This document shows, in pieces, positions 50,861 through 53,832 of a DNA stretch of 53,832 nucleotides. Within the stretch, counting starts at the first letter, position 1. Every line of letters begins with the position of its first letter. The DNA comes from Klebsormidium nitens. Lineage: Eukaryota; Plantae; Klebsormidiophyceae. The position numbers and the translations under genes were made by a program. Where the stretch lies: contig DF237539.1 in NCBI GenBank assembly GCA_000708835.1, forward strand, positions 1 to 53,832, in the 5' to 3' direction. The notes beneath the pieces were generated by a model. That model was not told the DNA's origin. It made no database searches and saw nothing but the letters and a program-made list of their open reading frames with translations.

Positions 50861-51000
50861 TGTACGCGCGGCTGCAGGAAGTCCACGGGGGCGGCCCGCA
50901 TGCTGCTCTGTGATGGGTGCACGGGGCTGGCTGGCATCTGGAGTGCCTGTCCAGGCCCCTCTCAGCGGTCCCGGAAGGGGACTGGTTCTGCGCGCAAAGC
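50861..51000 (+). pseudogene. Frameshifted PHD finger, probably part of a retroelement polyprotein
   Basis: C-TRG-C-RKSTGAARMLLCDGC, then a frameshift, then GAGWHLECLSRPLSAVPEGDWFCAQS. This is the C4HC3 pattern with the last Cys read as Ser. Confidence 0.85.
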
Positions 51001-51046
51001 AAAGGCGCGCATGCACTGGAGCCTGGGTCAGCTGCGCGCTAGGGTG

Positions 51047-51210
51047 CGGTGGCAGCTGGGATGGCAGGACGAGGGGGTGCTCGCGGCGGGCCCAACCGTG
51101 TGAGCCCCCTTGTCTCCGAGCCCAGGCAGGCACAGCTGGCGGTGGCAGCTGGAGGGGCGGAGCAGGGGGTTGCTCGCAACGGGCCCAGCCGTGTCGGAGC
51201 CCCCTTGTCT
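51047..51210 (+). repeat. Two GC-rich tandem units (~90-bp spacing) between the PHD remnant and the PPT
   Basis: gcggtggcagctgg..gggggt(g/t)gctcgc..cgggccca.ccgtgt..gagcccccttgtctc at ~51047 and ~51139. Confidence 0.8.
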
Positions 51211-53832
51211 CTTAGCCCCGGCGAGGACGGCTGGCGATGGCAGCCGGAGGAAGGCCAGGATCGGGCGCAGGTCTAGGTTGTGTTGTGGTAGTGGACCCAA
51301 GTTTCAAGGTTTGGGTCCAGGAGGGGATGTGTAGCACGGTCAACATGTCTATGTTGCAGGGTGGTCGAGTCTTGCGGCGGCGTGACGAGTCACGAGACAG
51401 ATCGGATAGGAGATGAATGGGCGCGACAGCTGTCAGGCTGGTTTGTATCGGGTCTGATTTATGTCCGGTTTAATTAACTCGTAACTAGAGTGAGCACAAT
51501 TGTTGGTATTTAGATAAGTGCAAGGGCACACAGCACAGGAACAGAACATGACCATAAGGGAAGGAATGAAGCTTGTGCTTCATTCTTACTTCTGTTCAAC
51601 TAAAGGCTTTGTAAGGGAGGTTTCATGACCCTTGAGAGCTGTACAGTGGCCTGGAGAAAGTCTCATGTAAGGAAGTGATATTGGTGACATGCGCCTCGCT
51701 TGCACTCATGGTCCTTCTGTGATGCGTGGAATGTGGCGCAGCTAATCACATGTGTAGCACGGTCAACATGTCTACGTTGCAGGGTGGTCGAGTCTCGCGG
51801 TGGCGTGACGAGACAGATCGGATAGGAGTTGAATGGGCGCGACAGGTGGTCGTAATGTGGGCCAGATCCACTGTTGAACATTCAAAGCTGGGACCCGAAC
51901 ACCTGATTGAACCGTTGAGCGCTGGATTCAGCATGGTCTGCAATTGGCACAAAGAGGCCATCAAGTTCAATGTCATAGCTGCATTGCATCATGCATGGTG
52001 CCAGGAAGTGTTTGGCTTCGCGGCTACATATCTGGTGCAGCAGTGGCAGTGATCTAGCTGTGCGGCTTTGTTGAATTGCGTGATCTGGCGCGGCACTTCT
52101 GCTCGAGTTTTTAGCTCCTATCGGACGCCTAGGTTTATCTAACTAGTGCGAGCTATAGCGTTTATCCGGATGTGGGTCCGTCCGGCATTTTGATTTGTTG
52201 TTGTGTCGTGTTGGAACTTGGAGTTGGCTGAAATGGGTGCGATGCCGTACTACGGAATATTTTCATATGTAGGGGCGACTGGATTCTGTTGTAGATTTGG
52301 ACACAACATACAGCGATTTTGCAAATTTTTCTGTAATACACTTTGGTTTTCGCCAAGTAGCCGTACAGCAGGTTTCGTTTGCATGTTTTATGAAAAGCGC
52401 AAACGAAATCCTGAAACTCACCGCCGAACAGCGGCACTAGAAGCAAGTGATTTAAGAAGCTTCTAACGGGGCTACTTAACTCTATTTTACCGTGTTTACC
52501 GCGGTGTACGGTAGTTTTGCTGGAACCTACATTGAATGTGACCATTTTGATGCAGGGGGCTGGAGACGCAGCCCGGCCACTTTACCTAGCATGTGAAGGC
52601 CCAATGGAGAGACCAGGGTGCCCCCCCGCCCACCCTTCGAGGCGTTTCATATAATTACGGCAGTAGGTGGTTTCTTTCGGTATAGCCCAGAGGGCAAAGA
52701 AATAGTGTACATGTGATTGGACGGATTTATCTACAGGTCCTCACCTAACGATCAAGCGTTCAATTCGTAGCAACTAATAACAGCGTCAATACATAAGATT
52801 ATCTATCTATCAACTTTTTATCTAGATGGCTAATCTCAACGTATATCTGAAGTTGTATTGCTAACAATCAACACTAATCGTGTCAACGGGAGGGGAGGAA
52901 GGGGGCCTCCTCATCGGGAAAATTGCTTTGAAAAGTTCTATGATTGGTCAATCGTAGATTGTCGTAGATCATCGACCTTGGTCGGCGTAGATCTCGGAAC
53001 CAATGATAGGTCTTTATGTCCCGGAGCATAGGCTCAACCTTGGCCGTAGATCAAGGATGATTATCCGTGTACGTTTGACCATTGAACATCCGGTCGTTGA
53101 TTTGGCCTCGGCAGACCATAGGTTCAGCGTTGGACCATGGTCGGCCCAACCAGCATTTGGGCAGCATTCATGCATCATTCAATGTTGCTACTTGAATTGA
53201 GCATCCATGGTATTTCACTGGACAACCAACAATCAACCATAAATCTATGTCATACATGGTTGGTCCAGCAGTGCTGACATCGGAGCTCCATTGGTATTAA
53301 CTATCAGGGTTCCGAGAGAGTGGCAGAGCTGATCCATGTACTTGAAGTGAAGGTGCTGAAAAACACCATGAATCATGAACCTAACAACATATTTAGCAAT
53401 TACATCAACTCAATATTCCACTACCTGTGACACGAAAGAGGTATCTGCAAAGACAAGTTGAGATTAGTTCCTTGGGAACGAGATTTCTTGGTGCAATCCG
53501 CACGTCAACCTATTGTACAATTAGACCTGTGCGCGTAGTATTGTTAATTCTGTAATGTTCCTTCAGCTTGCGATTCGACCACAACAAAAGTGTAACATGC
53601 CATGCCTTAGCGAGATTTACAATCGGCTTTGACCACATTATTTTGACCATGTACAGAGGAACAATCTGCAATAGCCAGTGTGAAAAGCAGATTTACAAGA
53701 GAGCAGATTCCCTGAATCCCCAGCACTTGATCTCCATACTTTCTCCTAAATTTACCTTGTCTTCAGGATGAATGCACTCAACTGGCACTCCTCAGCTCAC
53801 TGCTAGAATGCATCCACCCGCCACCATGTCAT

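Larger units (their letters stand above)
50280..51845 (+). mobile_element. Decayed 3' end of a probable LTR retrotransposon: coding remnant with PHD, polypurine tract, LTR and a partial second LTR
   Basis: The purine run aggagggga (51319-51327) lies directly before TGTGTAGCACGG (51328). That segment ends ..aatcaCA at 51750, and TGTGTAGCACGG starts again at 51751 with ~95 bp of close identity to 51328-51429. The GC-rich PHD remnant lies upstream. Confidence 0.6.

Overview
Intron-rich eukaryotic nuclear DNA (GT-AG introns, no operons). The genes look streptophyte, and I infer a charophyte green alga such as Klebsormidium; this was not checked against any database. Six multi-exon genes can be spliced together by hand: an AVT6-like amino-acid transporter (-), a stand-alone MEKHLA protein with a transit-peptide-like N-terminus (+), a SPLAYED/SYD-type SWI/SNF ATPase (-), a KANSL3/TEX30-like alpha/beta hydrolase behind a ~1,200-aa disordered region with two Cys-rich motifs (+), an NXPE/PC-esterase-like protein (+) and an SMP-30/regucalcin lactonase (+). 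The left end holds two tandem ~1.7 kb copies of an unknown intron-containing gene. Between them lies a small inverted-repeat element with a telomere-like core and 9-bp flanking direct repeats. The right end holds the decayed 3' end of a probable LTR retrotransposon (PHD finger, PPT, TG..CA LTR). The most unusual structural signal is that several introns contain tandem, decaying copies of their own splice site plus adjacent exon sequence. I saw no rRNA, tRNA or CRISPR array. Exon boundaries were read by eye and may be off by a few bases.
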